64,000 nt of DNA, taken from NCBI GenBank assembly GCA_965204745.1, contig OZ242010.1, positions 3,968,001 through 4,032,000 of the forward strand, given 5' to 3'. Origin of the DNA: Candidatus Latescibacterota bacterium. GTDB lineage: Bacteria; Latescibacterota; UBA2968. The notes beneath the pieces were generated by a model, which worked only from the letters and a program-made list of their open reading frames with translations, was not told the origin of the DNA and did no database searches. A program made the position numbers and the translations under genes. This document shows, piece after piece, positions 9,172-18,900 of this stretch (within the stretch, counting starts at the first letter, position 1; each line of letters starts with the position of its first letter).

Positions 9172-10647
9172 ATGAGCCTACTGAACGCCCTTGACTTGAA
9201 CGCCAAAATCGACAAACCCAATTACAAAGTCCTGATGGAAGAGCTGGAGATCAAAATGGGCCACCTCCAGCGAAAAGCGCGGGAAAACAATGTGCCCATT
9301 ACCATCGTGTTTGAGGGTTGGGGGGCTTCGGGCAAGGGGCGGTTGATCAACGAGTTGTTGCAAGTGCTCGACCCTCGGGGCGTGCGCGTGCATTCCACGC
9401 AAGCCCCGAATGAAGAAGAATTGCTCCGCCCTTTTATGTGGCGGTTTTGGACGAAAATACCCGAACGCGGGCGCGTGGCGATTTACGACCGCAGTTGGTA
9501 CAGCCGGTTCATCGTGGAGAAGATGGATCCGATCATGAGCAAGTTGCCGGTGGATAAGGCGTATCAAGAGGTGAATGGGTTTGAACGCCAACTCGTGGAT
9601 GACGGGCATGTGGTGATCAAGTTTTTTCTGCACATCTCGCGGAAAGAGCAAAAAAAGCGGTTTCAGGCACTCGAGAAGAACCCGATGACCTCGTGGCGCG
9701 TGACCCCTTACGATTGGAAGAAGAACAAGCAATACAGGTCGTATCGGGACGTGATCGAAGAGATGATCGTGCGCACAAACAGCAAATACGCCCCGTGGCA
9801 TCTCGTGCCCGCGCAGAATTGGCGGTTTGCCGTGCTTTCGGTTTTTCAAACCGCGATCGACGTCATCGAAAAACATCTCGCGGCCAAAAAGACCCCGGCA
9901 AAACCCGTGCGCCTGCGTCCGATTGCGGCCTCTATGCTCGACGCGTCCAATTTGTCAAACGCACTCACGCGCAAGAAATACGACCGCCTGCGCCGCGAGT
10001 ATCAAAAGCGGCTGTGGGAACTCGAGCACGATGTGCATCGACAAAGGCAAACCGTGGTCATCGTGTACGAGGGCTGGGACGCGGCCGGCAAAGGGGGCAA
10101 TATCAAACGCTTGGTGCGGCGGATGGACCCACGCGGGTACGAGGTGATCCCCATTGCCGCGCCGAATGACATCGAATTTGCCCACCACTACTTGTGGCGG
10201 TTCTGGATCAAGATGCCCAAGGCCGGGCATTTTGCCATTTTTGATCGGTCGTGGTACGGGCGCGTTCTGGTCGAGCGCGTGGAGGGATTTGCCACGCAAC
10301 AGGAGTGGCAACGCGCGTACCGCGAGATCAACGAGATGGAAGAACTGATGGCAAATTACGGCGCGCTGTTGTTTAAGTTCTGGATCGACATCGACAAAGA
10401 AGAACAGTTGCGTCGGTTTCAAGACCGGGAAAAGGTGCCGGCCAAGCAGTGGAAAATCACGGATGAGGATTGGCGCAACCGCGAGAAGTGGGCGCAGTAT
10501 CGAGACGCGGTGGATGAGATGTTATACCGCACGCACACGGCCCACGCGCCATGGACCATCGTGGAATCCAACTGCAAACTCCACGCGCGCATCAAGACCA
10601 TGAAGACCGTGGTCAGAACGCTGGAAAAACATTTGATTAAGTATTGA
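9172..10647 (+). CDS. pap: Two-domain PPK2, polyphosphate:AMP phosphotransferase
   Basis: Two P-loops (EGWGASGKG, EGWDAAGKG) and two DRSWY motifs. Confidence 0.92.
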   Translation: MSLLNALDLNAKIDKPNYKVLMEELEIKMGHLQRKARENNVPITIVFEGWGASGKGRLINELLQVLDPRGVRVHSTQAPNEEELLRPFMWRFWTKIPERGRVAIYDRSWYSRFIVEKMDPIMSKLPVDKAYQEVNGFERQLVDDGHVVIKFFLHISRKEQKKRFQALEKNPMTSWRVTPYDWKKNKQYRSYRDVIEEMIVRTNSKYAPWHLVPAQNWRFAVLSVFQTAIDVIEKHLAAKKTPAKPVRLRPIAASMLDASNLSNALTRKKYDRLRREYQKRLWELEHDVHRQRQTVVIVYEGWDAAGKGGNIKRLVRRMDPRGYEVIPIAAPNDIEFAHHYLWRFWIKMPKAGHFAIFDRSWYGRVLVERVEGFATQQEWQRAYREINEMEELMANYGALLFKFWIDIDKEEQLRRFQDREKVPAKQWKITDEDWRNREKWAQYRDAVDEMLYRTHTAHAPWTIVESNCKLHARIKTMKTVVRTLEKHLIKY

Positions 10648-10654
10648 TCTGCTG

Positions 10655-11071
10655 GTAAGAGGTGAGACGTAAGACGTAAGACGTGAGATGAAAGGCGTAA
10701 GACGTGAGATGTAGAGGCGATGCCTCTGTGCGTGCCTCACCGCTCCACCTCTCCACCCGTGCGTGCCCTGCCCGACACCGCCCTGCCAAGTGCGATCCCC
10801 GCCGCTACCCTGCCCCGCCGTGTGCGTGCCCATCCCCGGCCACCCAGCCGCCCAAGTGCGATCCCCGCCACTACCCCGCCCCGCTGTGTGCGTTTCCTTC
10901 CCCGCTCACCTTTTGTGCCTTTTGTGGCTAAACTTGCCTCTCGCCTCTCACCTCTCGCCTCTCGCCTCTCACCTCTCGCCTCTCACCTCTCGCCTCTCAC
11001 CTCTCGCCTCTCGCCTCTCGCCTCTCGCCTCTCGCCTCTCGCCTCTCGCCTCTCGCCTCTCGCCTCTCACC
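10655..11071. repeat. Converging heptamer tracts (GTAAGAC/GTGAGAC ... CCTCTCG/CCTCTCA) with GTAG-type REP-like and duplicated GC-rich units between them
   Basis: Directly visible tandem 7-mers at 10655-10710 and 10936-11071. Confidence 0.9.
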
Positions 11072-11076
11072 ATCTT

Positions 11077-12210
11077 CTAAAACCATCGTTTGTAGTAAAA
11101 CGGGCTGGATTCGTCTGTGTTGAGTTGTTTGACGACCTCGTAGAACCATGTGTCCAGCGGCATTTCGTGGGCGTCCAAGCGCGGGAAGGGGTTGAAGTCG
11201 TGGGTTGACAGTGTTTTGCCGATAGCACCCAGCATGCCCAATCCCAACTCGGGCACGTCTATGCGGCGGATGCCCGCTTTTTCCATGAGTTTGTCATACA
11301 CGTAGGACATGGTCGTGCCGCCTGGGATAAAGGGCAACGCGCGCGTCCGCATCACGGGAAAGAACACATCCACCACTTTTCGGCGCGTGCCATAAGCCGC
11401 TGAGGTCGCTTCCTGAAGCGCGTCTTTGGGCAAGTACAGGCTCGTTGAGTACGCGCCTTGGCGCCCGTACTCAACGGCATTTGGATCGCGGCTCGGTTTG
11501 TCCAAACTGCCGCGCCAGTCGCAAAAAGCGGTCACGTCCACGGAAATTCCGGAGTCCATCAGCGCGTCTGCAAATTGCACGGCCATATCGCCCATCACAA
11601 AGCGGGTGGCTTCAATCGCACGGTCGGATAAGGGCGTCAACCGCCACTGGAACAGACCCTCGGCGTCGACGTCTTTCACGTACACGGGCGGATGATCGGG
11701 TAGCAATCCGGAACTGGCGGCGGCGACCGCGTTGATATAAATGACGTCTTGGGCATCCATCCCTCGTAGCGCATCTACAATCGCTCGCAATGCCTTGCCC
11801 TCGAGGCCCACGCCACTGTTGAGCCAGCAAAACCGGTCCCTGATGCCCGCGTCTTTTGCCCAATTCTCCATTGCTTTGCCAGTCGCATAGCCCAGGGATT
11901 TTGACAAATCCCGAGCGATGACGGTCAAACTGCCGCGCTCTGCGATGAGGCCCATCGCCGCGGTTGCCACAGAACAGCCAATGCCCAATCCGGTTCCGCC
12001 GGCAATGACGAAATGCCGGCCTTTGGCCCAGTTCACATCGCACTGCGTTGCGACAGTTTGTTGCGCGTTGCGGTTGCGGGCCAGCAAGTTCGCGGCTTCG
12101 GCAGGAAATGCTTCGACCTCTTCTTTGCTCGGTCGGGAAATCGCCGGCGCGCCTTCTACGATTCGCACGCCCGGCATGGGGGTTGCGAATGGACTTGGAT
12201 AGGTGCTCAT
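11077..12210 (-). CDS. Divergent FabV/trans-2-enoyl-CoA reductase-like protein
   Basis: VIAGGTGLGIG, IEATRFVMG, MRTRALPFIPG, KLMEKAG, RLDAHE in the order of recalled FabV/TER motifs. Confidence 0.55.
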   Translation of the reverse strand: MSTYPSPFATPMPGVRIVEGAPAISRPSKEEVEAFPAEAANLLARNRNAQQTVATQCDVNWAKGRHFVIAGGTGLGIGCSVATAAMGLIAERGSLTVIARDLSKSLGYATGKAMENWAKDAGIRDRFCWLNSGVGLEGKALRAIVDALRGMDAQDVIYINAVAAASSGLLPDHPPVYVKDVDAEGLFQWRLTPLSDRAIEATRFVMGDMAVQFADALMDSGISVDVTAFCDWRGSLDKPSRDPNAVEYGRQGAYSTSLYLPKDALQEATSAAYGTRRKVVDVFFPVMRTRALPFIPGGTTMSYVYDKLMEKAGIRRIDVPELGLGMLGAIGKTLSTHDFNPFPRLDAHEMPLDTWFYEVVKQLNTDESSPFYYKRWF

Positions 12211-12249
12211 GGTTGCTCCTTCAGTTGTCAGTGGTCAGTGGTCAGTGGT

Positions 12250-12584
12250 CAATGCGAATAAAGCGTTGAATCCATTTATTGGGACCTACCCCCCTGGCCC
12301 CCCTTCCTGTGAGGAAGGGGGGAATGGCGAGAGGTTGTGCGAGGGGTTTGGGGTTCCAGGGCGTGATCTATTCGCTCAAAGCCATCAGAACAGCTAGGGA
12401 GACAAACTTTCAAAAAGCCATGCGCTCCCCCTTTCCTTGTAGGAAAGGGGGCCGGGGGGATAGGTCCTACGAGGAAGGGGAAGAACATCTCTCGTTGCGG
12501 AGAGGCGCCGGATGACTCGTCCATGTCTTTGGGCGATTGGTCTCGGCTTGCTTCCTACTCGCTTTCTACTCTTAATTCGCATTG
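12250..12584. mobile_element. Non-autonomous TIR element inserted in a GTGGTCA tract
   Basis: TIRs caatgcgaataaag / cttaattcgcattg (1 mismatch in 14), flanked both sides by tcagtggt repeats; one end recurs at 22412-22475. Confidence 0.65.
12281..12467. repeat. ~190-bp palindromic dispersed repeat (GGGACCTA..CCCCCTTCCT-N4-AGGAAGGGG ends)
   Basis: Inverted ends, each a GC hairpin; related copies listed separately. Confidence 0.9.
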
Positions 12585-12692
12585 TCAGTGGTCAGTGGTC
12601 AGTTCGCCCAAACCCGCCCCCCAAGTGGTCAGCAAAACAAGCGTGGCGTGGCGGGAATGGATAGCTGAACGCCGATGGCTTTTCGATGATTC

Positions 12693-15209
12693 TCACTTCT
12701 TCTCTTCCCAAGAGATGGCGAAGCCCGTGTTTGCTTCAAAGGCGGCGGCGCGGGTGTCAGCATCTTCGGGGATTGTCAACACCGGGACGACCAAGCGATT
12801 TTCAGGGATGTAAAATTTCGGGCCGCCGCGTATGACGCATTGTTGCGGGGTGATCGCACGGGCTTCTCGGGCGATGAGGGCTTGGTTGGCCGTGGGGCGC
12901 ACCTCGATTTTCCATCCGATCTTGTCGCTCACCTTGTCGAGCAAGGCGCGGTAGCGGTTGCCCACTTCGGGCGAGATAAACGCGGCCTCGATGTACCCAT
13001 TGCCGCGAAGCCCCATTTTTATCGGGGTGTGGGGTTGGTTCCAAAATGCCTTTCTGATCTCGGCGAAGGCTTTGTTGATCTCCCACGCGCCATCCCGCCT
13101 TGGTGGGCGATCTTCTCGTTGTTCGTCGCCGAGCCGATTCCAGATCAAGTCGATCCCGGTCTTGGCTTTGAATTTGGCCGTTGCGTCTCGGCTCAGTTCG
13201 TCCCAGTGTCCGGCGATTCTTTTGCCCACGGCAACGGTCAATATCACGGCGGCTTGATCCATCCGCAAGGCCGGCGTTTTTGTGACCTTCGCGCCGTTGG
13301 GCACGGCGGCGTGTGCTTCTTCAAAGACCCGTTCCTGATGCGGCGTTTCCCGTAGTCTGATAGACCAGCCGATTTCGCGTTCCAACTTGGAAAAGAGGTC
13401 GGCATACTGTTGTTGCGCCACAGCAGGAAAGTGAAAAGCCAGTTCAAACGTCCCCAACGCCATGTGGACGCCGCACTTGAACAACCCGGCCTCTGGGGGG
13501 AATGCCGCCATGACGCGCGCGCGCGCTTCGTTCATCTCCATTGGCCCGTCGTCATCCTGCGGGGTTTCGTTGAGGTGGAACAAGTACGGACGCTGTTCGT
13601 CTGGGGTGAAGAATTTTTTGGAGTACGACAACAACAGCCGAAAGACCTCCACCTCTGCGGGCGTGGTCATTTCCGTGCCGAACCACATCTCGGTCAATTC
13701 CTGCGTGCGGAACGGGCCTTTGGCGCCGGTTTCGATGCAATAGGCATGCACGTCCGCGAGCGTTTCCTCGCTCAAGGGTTTGTCGTTTGCAATGCCTGCA
13801 CGGGAGACGCGCCTGCCGTACCCGCGGCGCAATGTCTGCGGGGGTTCGACAGTATAAACACCGCCGTTTTCCGGCAGTTGTACTCCGCCTTGCACATGCA
13901 CATCCACAGATTGGGACAAGGCCCGCCGCGCCTCTGCGTCGCCGTGGACGAGAAAGCAGGTGTGCGGTTTCAGGGTTTGCACCAAGCCGGTGAGTTCGTC
14001 CTTGTCCGCGTGGGCGGAAAGCGAATAGGGTTCGACCGAGCACTTCACCGGCACGCGCTTGCCATTGAGGGTCAGCACGCGCTCATCCTGCTCTTTTGCC
14101 CGTATCAAGTCCAGCAATGCGCGCCCGGGGGATTCCTCATCTTGGTACCCGGTCAGGGCGATCAGGTTTGTCCCTTTGCCGACCAAGGTTTGCGCGTAGT
14201 AGGTTGACGCGCCGCCGTTCAACATCCCGGAAGACGCCACGATGCAACACGGGGGGCCGGACAACGCCTTCCTGCGCTCGGAACGCCCGGCCACCTCTTG
14301 GACCGTGTTCGAATAAAAAACGCGCTCCCCGCGGTTGATCCTGCGGCGCACAGGCGAAGCGAGATCATCGCCAAACGCCGAATAGATCGCATTGACCGAG
14401 CGCACCATCCCATCCACGTATATGGGAAACTCGGGGATTTGATTGCGCCGCATGGCCCGCGCCAAAATCAAAATGACCTCTTGGGAACGCCCCACCGCAA
14501 AGGCGGGGATCAACACTTTGCCGCCCATTTTAATGACTTCGGCCACGCGCAGGGCGAGCGCGGTTTCCTGTTGCTCGCGGTCCGCGTGTTGGCGGTTGCC
14601 ATAAGTCGATTCCAGCACCATCACATTGGGCCGACACTGCGGGATGATCATGCCCGGAATGGTCAGTTGATTGGCGACGGATATGTCGCCGGTCATCAAG
14701 ATGCTCTCGCGCTTGCCCTCGATGTAGATCGACGCCGCGCCCAAGATGTGCCCGGCCGGAACCCATGTGGCGGTCAATGCGCCGTCGCAAATCGGCACGG
14801 TGGTCAGCCAAGGCACGCCATCCACGAGGCCCAATGCCGCATCGATGGCCTCGGGCGGATACAGGGGCAACTCGGCGTCTTGGATGCCGCCCGGTGCCAT
14901 CAGGTTCGCCGCGTCCATCAACAAGACCTGCGTGATGGCCTTTGTCGCGGGCGTGGCGTACACCTTCACGCCGGGGGGCAAACTGCTCGCCAGCACGGGC
15001 AACGCGCCTGTGTGGTCCGTATGTGCGTGCGTCACGAGTACGGCGTCGGGCATGCCGACGTCGTCCAAGACCGAGAAATTGGGCAACCGCGCCCCCTGCG
15101 CCGCGCCCGGCCGAATGCCCGCATCCACCAGAATGCGGCGGCCTTCTATTTCGATGAACGTACACGAGGCGCCGATTTCGTCGGCACCGCCTAAAAAGTG
15201 AAGTTTCAT
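12693..15209 (-). CDS. MBL-fold beta-CASP ribonuclease with long C-terminal extension
   Basis: LGGADEIGAS, THAHTDH, AGHILG, ESTYG, AVGRSQE, SSGML, LSAHAD, VHGD motifs; start set at MKLHFLGG. Confidence 0.9.
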   Translation of the reverse strand: MKLHFLGGADEIGASCTFIEIEGRRILVDAGIRPGAAQGARLPNFSVLDDVGMPDAVLVTHAHTDHTGALPVLASSLPPGVKVYATPATKAITQVLLMDAANLMAPGGIQDAELPLYPPEAIDAALGLVDGVPWLTTVPICDGALTATWVPAGHILGAASIYIEGKRESILMTGDISVANQLTIPGMIIPQCRPNVMVLESTYGNRQHADREQQETALALRVAEVIKMGGKVLIPAFAVGRSQEVILILARAMRRNQIPEFPIYVDGMVRSVNAIYSAFGDDLASPVRRRINRGERVFYSNTVQEVAGRSERRKALSGPPCCIVASSGMLNGGASTYYAQTLVGKGTNLIALTGYQDEESPGRALLDLIRAKEQDERVLTLNGKRVPVKCSVEPYSLSAHADKDELTGLVQTLKPHTCFLVHGDAEARRALSQSVDVHVQGGVQLPENGGVYTVEPPQTLRRGYGRRVSRAGIANDKPLSEETLADVHAYCIETGAKGPFRTQELTEMWFGTEMTTPAEVEVFRLLLSYSKKFFTPDEQRPYLFHLNETPQDDDGPMEMNEARARVMAAFPPEAGLFKCGVHMALGTFELAFHFPAVAQQQYADLFSKLEREIGWSIRLRETPHQERVFEEAHAAVPNGAKVTKTPALRMDQAAVILTVAVGKRIAGHWDELSRDATAKFKAKTGIDLIWNRLGDEQREDRPPRRDGAWEINKAFAEIRKAFWNQPHTPIKMGLRGNGYIEAAFISPEVGNRYRALLDKVSDKIGWKIEVRPTANQALIAREARAITPQQCVIRGGPKFYIPENRLVVPVLTIPEDADTRAAAFEANTGFAISWEEKK

Positions 15210-15366
15210 GAATCGCTCGCAGTTGTTGGTCTGCCTCCCTGTCCGCCCGGCCGTGTCTGAATCGCGGATTAAACGGATTACGCGGATTACGCGGATTACC
15301 CCACACATCCCCACCACCGCTTCATCGTTCCCACTCCGCTGTGTCCTTCGCATCCGCCGCCATAGC

Positions 15367-15714
15367 CCTATCCCTCCGGCCCCGTTATTCGCTTCGCTCA
15401 TTGTAGGCTACGCCTGTGCCTACAAGGAAAGGGGGAGCGCATGGCTTTTTGAAGGTTTGTATCCATGGCTGTTTTGATGGCTTTGAGCGAATGGATCACG
15501 CCATGAAAAAGCGACCTATCCCCCCGGCCCCCTTTCCTGCAAGGAAAGGGGGAGCGCATGGCTTTCTTAAAGGTTTGTCTCCCTGGCTGTTCTGATGGCT
15601 TTGGGCGAATGGATCACGCCATAGAAACCCAAAAACCTCTCGCGTAAATCTGTCGCAAACCCTCTCGCCATTCCCCCCTTCCTCGCAGGAAGGGGGGTTA
15701 GGGGGGTAGGTCCC
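15367..15714. repeat. Tandem composite of the palindromic repeat family
   Basis: Same terminal hairpins and internal gccatcagaacagc core as the 12281 copy, reverse orientation. Confidence 0.88.
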
Positions 15715-15715
15715 A

Positions 15716-15760
15716 AAAAGTAAAGCCCGAGTTCACAGTGAACCCGGGCTTTTGTTTTTT
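15716..15760. terminator. Probable intrinsic terminator (possibly bidirectional)
   Basis: aaagcccgagttcac-a-gtgaacccgggcttt hairpin with A/T runs on both sides. Confidence 0.65.
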
Positions 15761-15779
15761 CTTTCGCATCTTTCGTCGT

Positions 15780-15974
15780 TCAGCCTGTCGAGCCAAAGCT
15801 ATCGGCGAAGATGAGGAAATCGTCAAAGTCAATTTGACCATCGCCATCGCACCGGGGGTCATATCGCTCCTGACCGAGGCGCGAGCCGAACTTGCTGGCA
15901 AAGGTCAAGAAGTCGGCGAAATTCGCATTGCTATCGCCATTTTCATCTGTGGCGGTCAGGGAACAGGCTTTCAT
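15780..15974 (-). pseudogene. Orphan, degraded EF-hand/dockerin-like C-terminal module
   Basis: DENGDSNANFADFLTFASKFG..DGQIDFDDFLIFADSFG, same motif as in 2805..5204; lies directly after the stop of 15971..20398. Confidence 0.6.
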
Positions 15975-18900
15975 TGGAAGTGGGAGTCGGGATAGAGGCT
16001 TCGGATGTAGGGTTCAATGGCTTGAGCGGTCGTGCGCGTAGCATTTTGCTCGATGACGTTCCCTCTGACGAGGGCCTCGTTCCGGAAGAAGAGGACGTAT
16101 CGAATGATCAGGATTATATCCGAGAACAGCCTCACATCGCCATCGCCATCCACATCGAGAATGTTCTGATTGACCAACGTGTCGAGGTAGGGTTCAATGG
16201 CTTGAGCGGTCGTGCGCGTGGCAGTTGGCTCGATGACGTTCCCTCTGAGGAGGGCCTCTTCCCGGAAGAAGAGGACATATCGAATGACCAGGATTATATC
16301 CGAGAACAATCTCACCCGGCCATCGCCATCCACATCCAAGTTGGCACTCGGGGTTTCGTCATCGATAATCGTCCCTGTGCCTTGCGCCGTGCTTATGGTC
16401 GCATTGGTCGCACTGCTCAACTCGACGATCACGGTCTCGTTCTGCTCATCATCCGAGTCGTCGGTCACAGAAACAGCGATAGTCTGGATGGTATCGCCCA
16501 TCGCGAAGGTCAGGGTCCCTGCGGTGAGCGCGGTGTAATCGGTCCCCGAAGTCGCGGTGCCCGTGCCCGCGTCTGCATACGCCACCGTCACTTGTAACGT
16601 GCTGTGCGCTGGGCGTAGGTACACCTGAAAGGTCAGGGTCGCGCCGGTCGCGCCTTCAATCACGCTTGGCGAACCGATACTCAGCGCAGGCATGCCATCG
16701 TCATCGATAATCGTCCCTGTGCCTTGCGCCGTGCTTATGGTCGCATTGGTCGCACTGCTCAGCGTCACGATCACGGTCTCGTTCGGCTCATCATCCCCGT
16801 CGTCGGTCACAGAAACAGCGATGGTCTGGCTGGTCGTGGTCGTGCCCGCCGCGAAGGTCAGGGTTCCTGCGGTAAGCGCGGTGTAGTCCGTCCCCGAAGT
16901 CGCGCTGCCCGTGCCCGCGTCTGCATACGCCACCGTCACCGCCTTGCCGCTCACCGCATTCAATCTAACGGTGAACGTCAGGGCAGTGCCCTCAACCGCA
17001 CTCGGCGAACTGATCGAGAGCCTCGGCGGCGGGTCATCATCGGTGATCGTTATCACGGGCGAGAGGACCGCAATGCCCTGGCCCTGGGCGGACAAGTCCA
17101 CGTTGCGATCAGCTTCGTCTAAGGTGTTGTCCACCGCTGTAATGACCACCGTATCCGAAGCGTTCGCGGTTTGCCCGGCCGCGATGGTGATCGTCGAATC
17201 CGCCCCCACCGTGTAAGCACCGGTCACAGGGCGCACCGTGATCGTCGTCGCCTCGGTCCGCGACCGTGTCAGCGTCGCGGTCACGGTACTCATCTCGCCG
17301 TTTTCCGAGATCGTCGAGGGCGTCAGTGTCGCCGTCACTATCACGGGTTGTCGCTGAAATTGCACGGTGGTGTCCATGCCGGCATACTTCAGAGCCGGAT
17401 ACTGAAGCATCGTGCCAAAGGTCCACGGGTCGGCGCCGGCCCCTCCTTGGCCGGCGTTGTTCCAGTTGTAGTAGGTGTCGCTGGTGGTGGCACCGTAGGT
17501 GGTGGGGCTTAGGAGCTCGCGGGTGGTTTTGCCAGTGCCGCCGCGGCTGGTGGGTTGCCCGCTGGTTTGGGTGTCCCAGTGGCTATTGACTGTATTATTT
17601 AAGGTGGCGCTGCCGTGTAGGTATCCTACCAGCCCGCCGACGTTTGAGGTTCCGGTGACTCGGCCGGTGGAGTAGGAGTTATATATGCGGGGACCGGCAT
17701 GCTGCACATGCCCCACCAAGCCGCCGACCCTACTGGCTCCGGTGACGGAGGCGTGGGAGTAGGATGACCGGATGATGCGCTCAAGAAAGGCGACTAGACC
17801 GCCCACATAATTGCCCCCCGTAACCTTGCCGGTGACGTAGCAGCCGATGATGTTGCCGTTGTTGTTTCTTACCAGGATGGAGGTGCGGTTGCCTCCGGTG
17901 ATGTCGGCGTTGGTTACGCCGAGCGACTCGATGCGGCCTTCGCTCCAAAGATGGACGAACATCGCTTGGTTTGCGACGCCGGGGCGGTTGATGAACAGGT
18001 TGTTGATGGTGTGTCCGTTGCCCCTGAAGGTGGTTCTCCATGCTGCGGTGCTGCCGACGCCGCCGATGGGCGTCCAGCCTGCGCCGCCGTTCCAGTAGGC
18101 ACCGCCGTGGTCGTTGGCGTCCACGTCGCCGTCTCCGTCGCTGTCGAAGTCCAAATCGGCGATGAGTTCGTAGCCGGTGCATGTCCCAGACGGGCAACCC
18201 ATTCGGCTACCGGAGCGGGTGTCGCGGTAGAGGAATGCGGCGTTGTACGTTGTAGCACCGCCGCTTGTGGGAGTGCCTCTGCCGTATCTGTCGTAGCGCA
18301 TCGCGTTGAGTTGAGCGAGATTGGAGACTTCGATTAGGCGGTCGTTGTCCGAGTCGTAGTCGCCGGCGCTCTGCTTTGAGAGGTCATGCCCGCCGTACTT
18401 TAGCGACGGGTACTGTCTGGAGTTGCCGAAGTACCACGGGTCGTCGTTGCCCGTCTGTCCGTCGATGTTGGCGTTCCAGTCGGCGTATATGCTACCGGCG
18501 GTGTAGTCGGTGGGGGCCTGGAGGGCGGCGGTGGCGTAGCCCGTTCCGGCTGCGCTGTTGGAGCGGCCGCTGGTTGTGGTGTCCCAGTAGCTTGCGGTTA
18601 CGGTTGCGCTGCTGACAAGCCCTATTAACCCGCCGATGTTGTTGCCGCTGGCGTTGACGCGGCCGGTGGAATATGAGTTTGTTATGTTGCTGCTTATGGC
18701 CCGCCCTATTAGGCCGCCGGCATTATTGGCGGCTCCGCCGACGGAAGCGGTGGAGTAGCTAGAGCTGACGGACGCATTGGATGCGTTCATTAAGCCTACC
18801 AGACCGCCGACATCGCTTCTGGAGCCGCTTACCGCGCCGGTGGTGTAACAGGCGACGATTGGTCCGTAACTGGTGCCTACCAGAATGCCGACATATTCCC

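Noticed and set aside
10704-11208. ORFs with SRLSPLA-type repeats (also 24760..25387, 43518..43797, 12276..12582)
   Set aside because: Translations of heptamer or palindromic DNA repeats, not supported as genes
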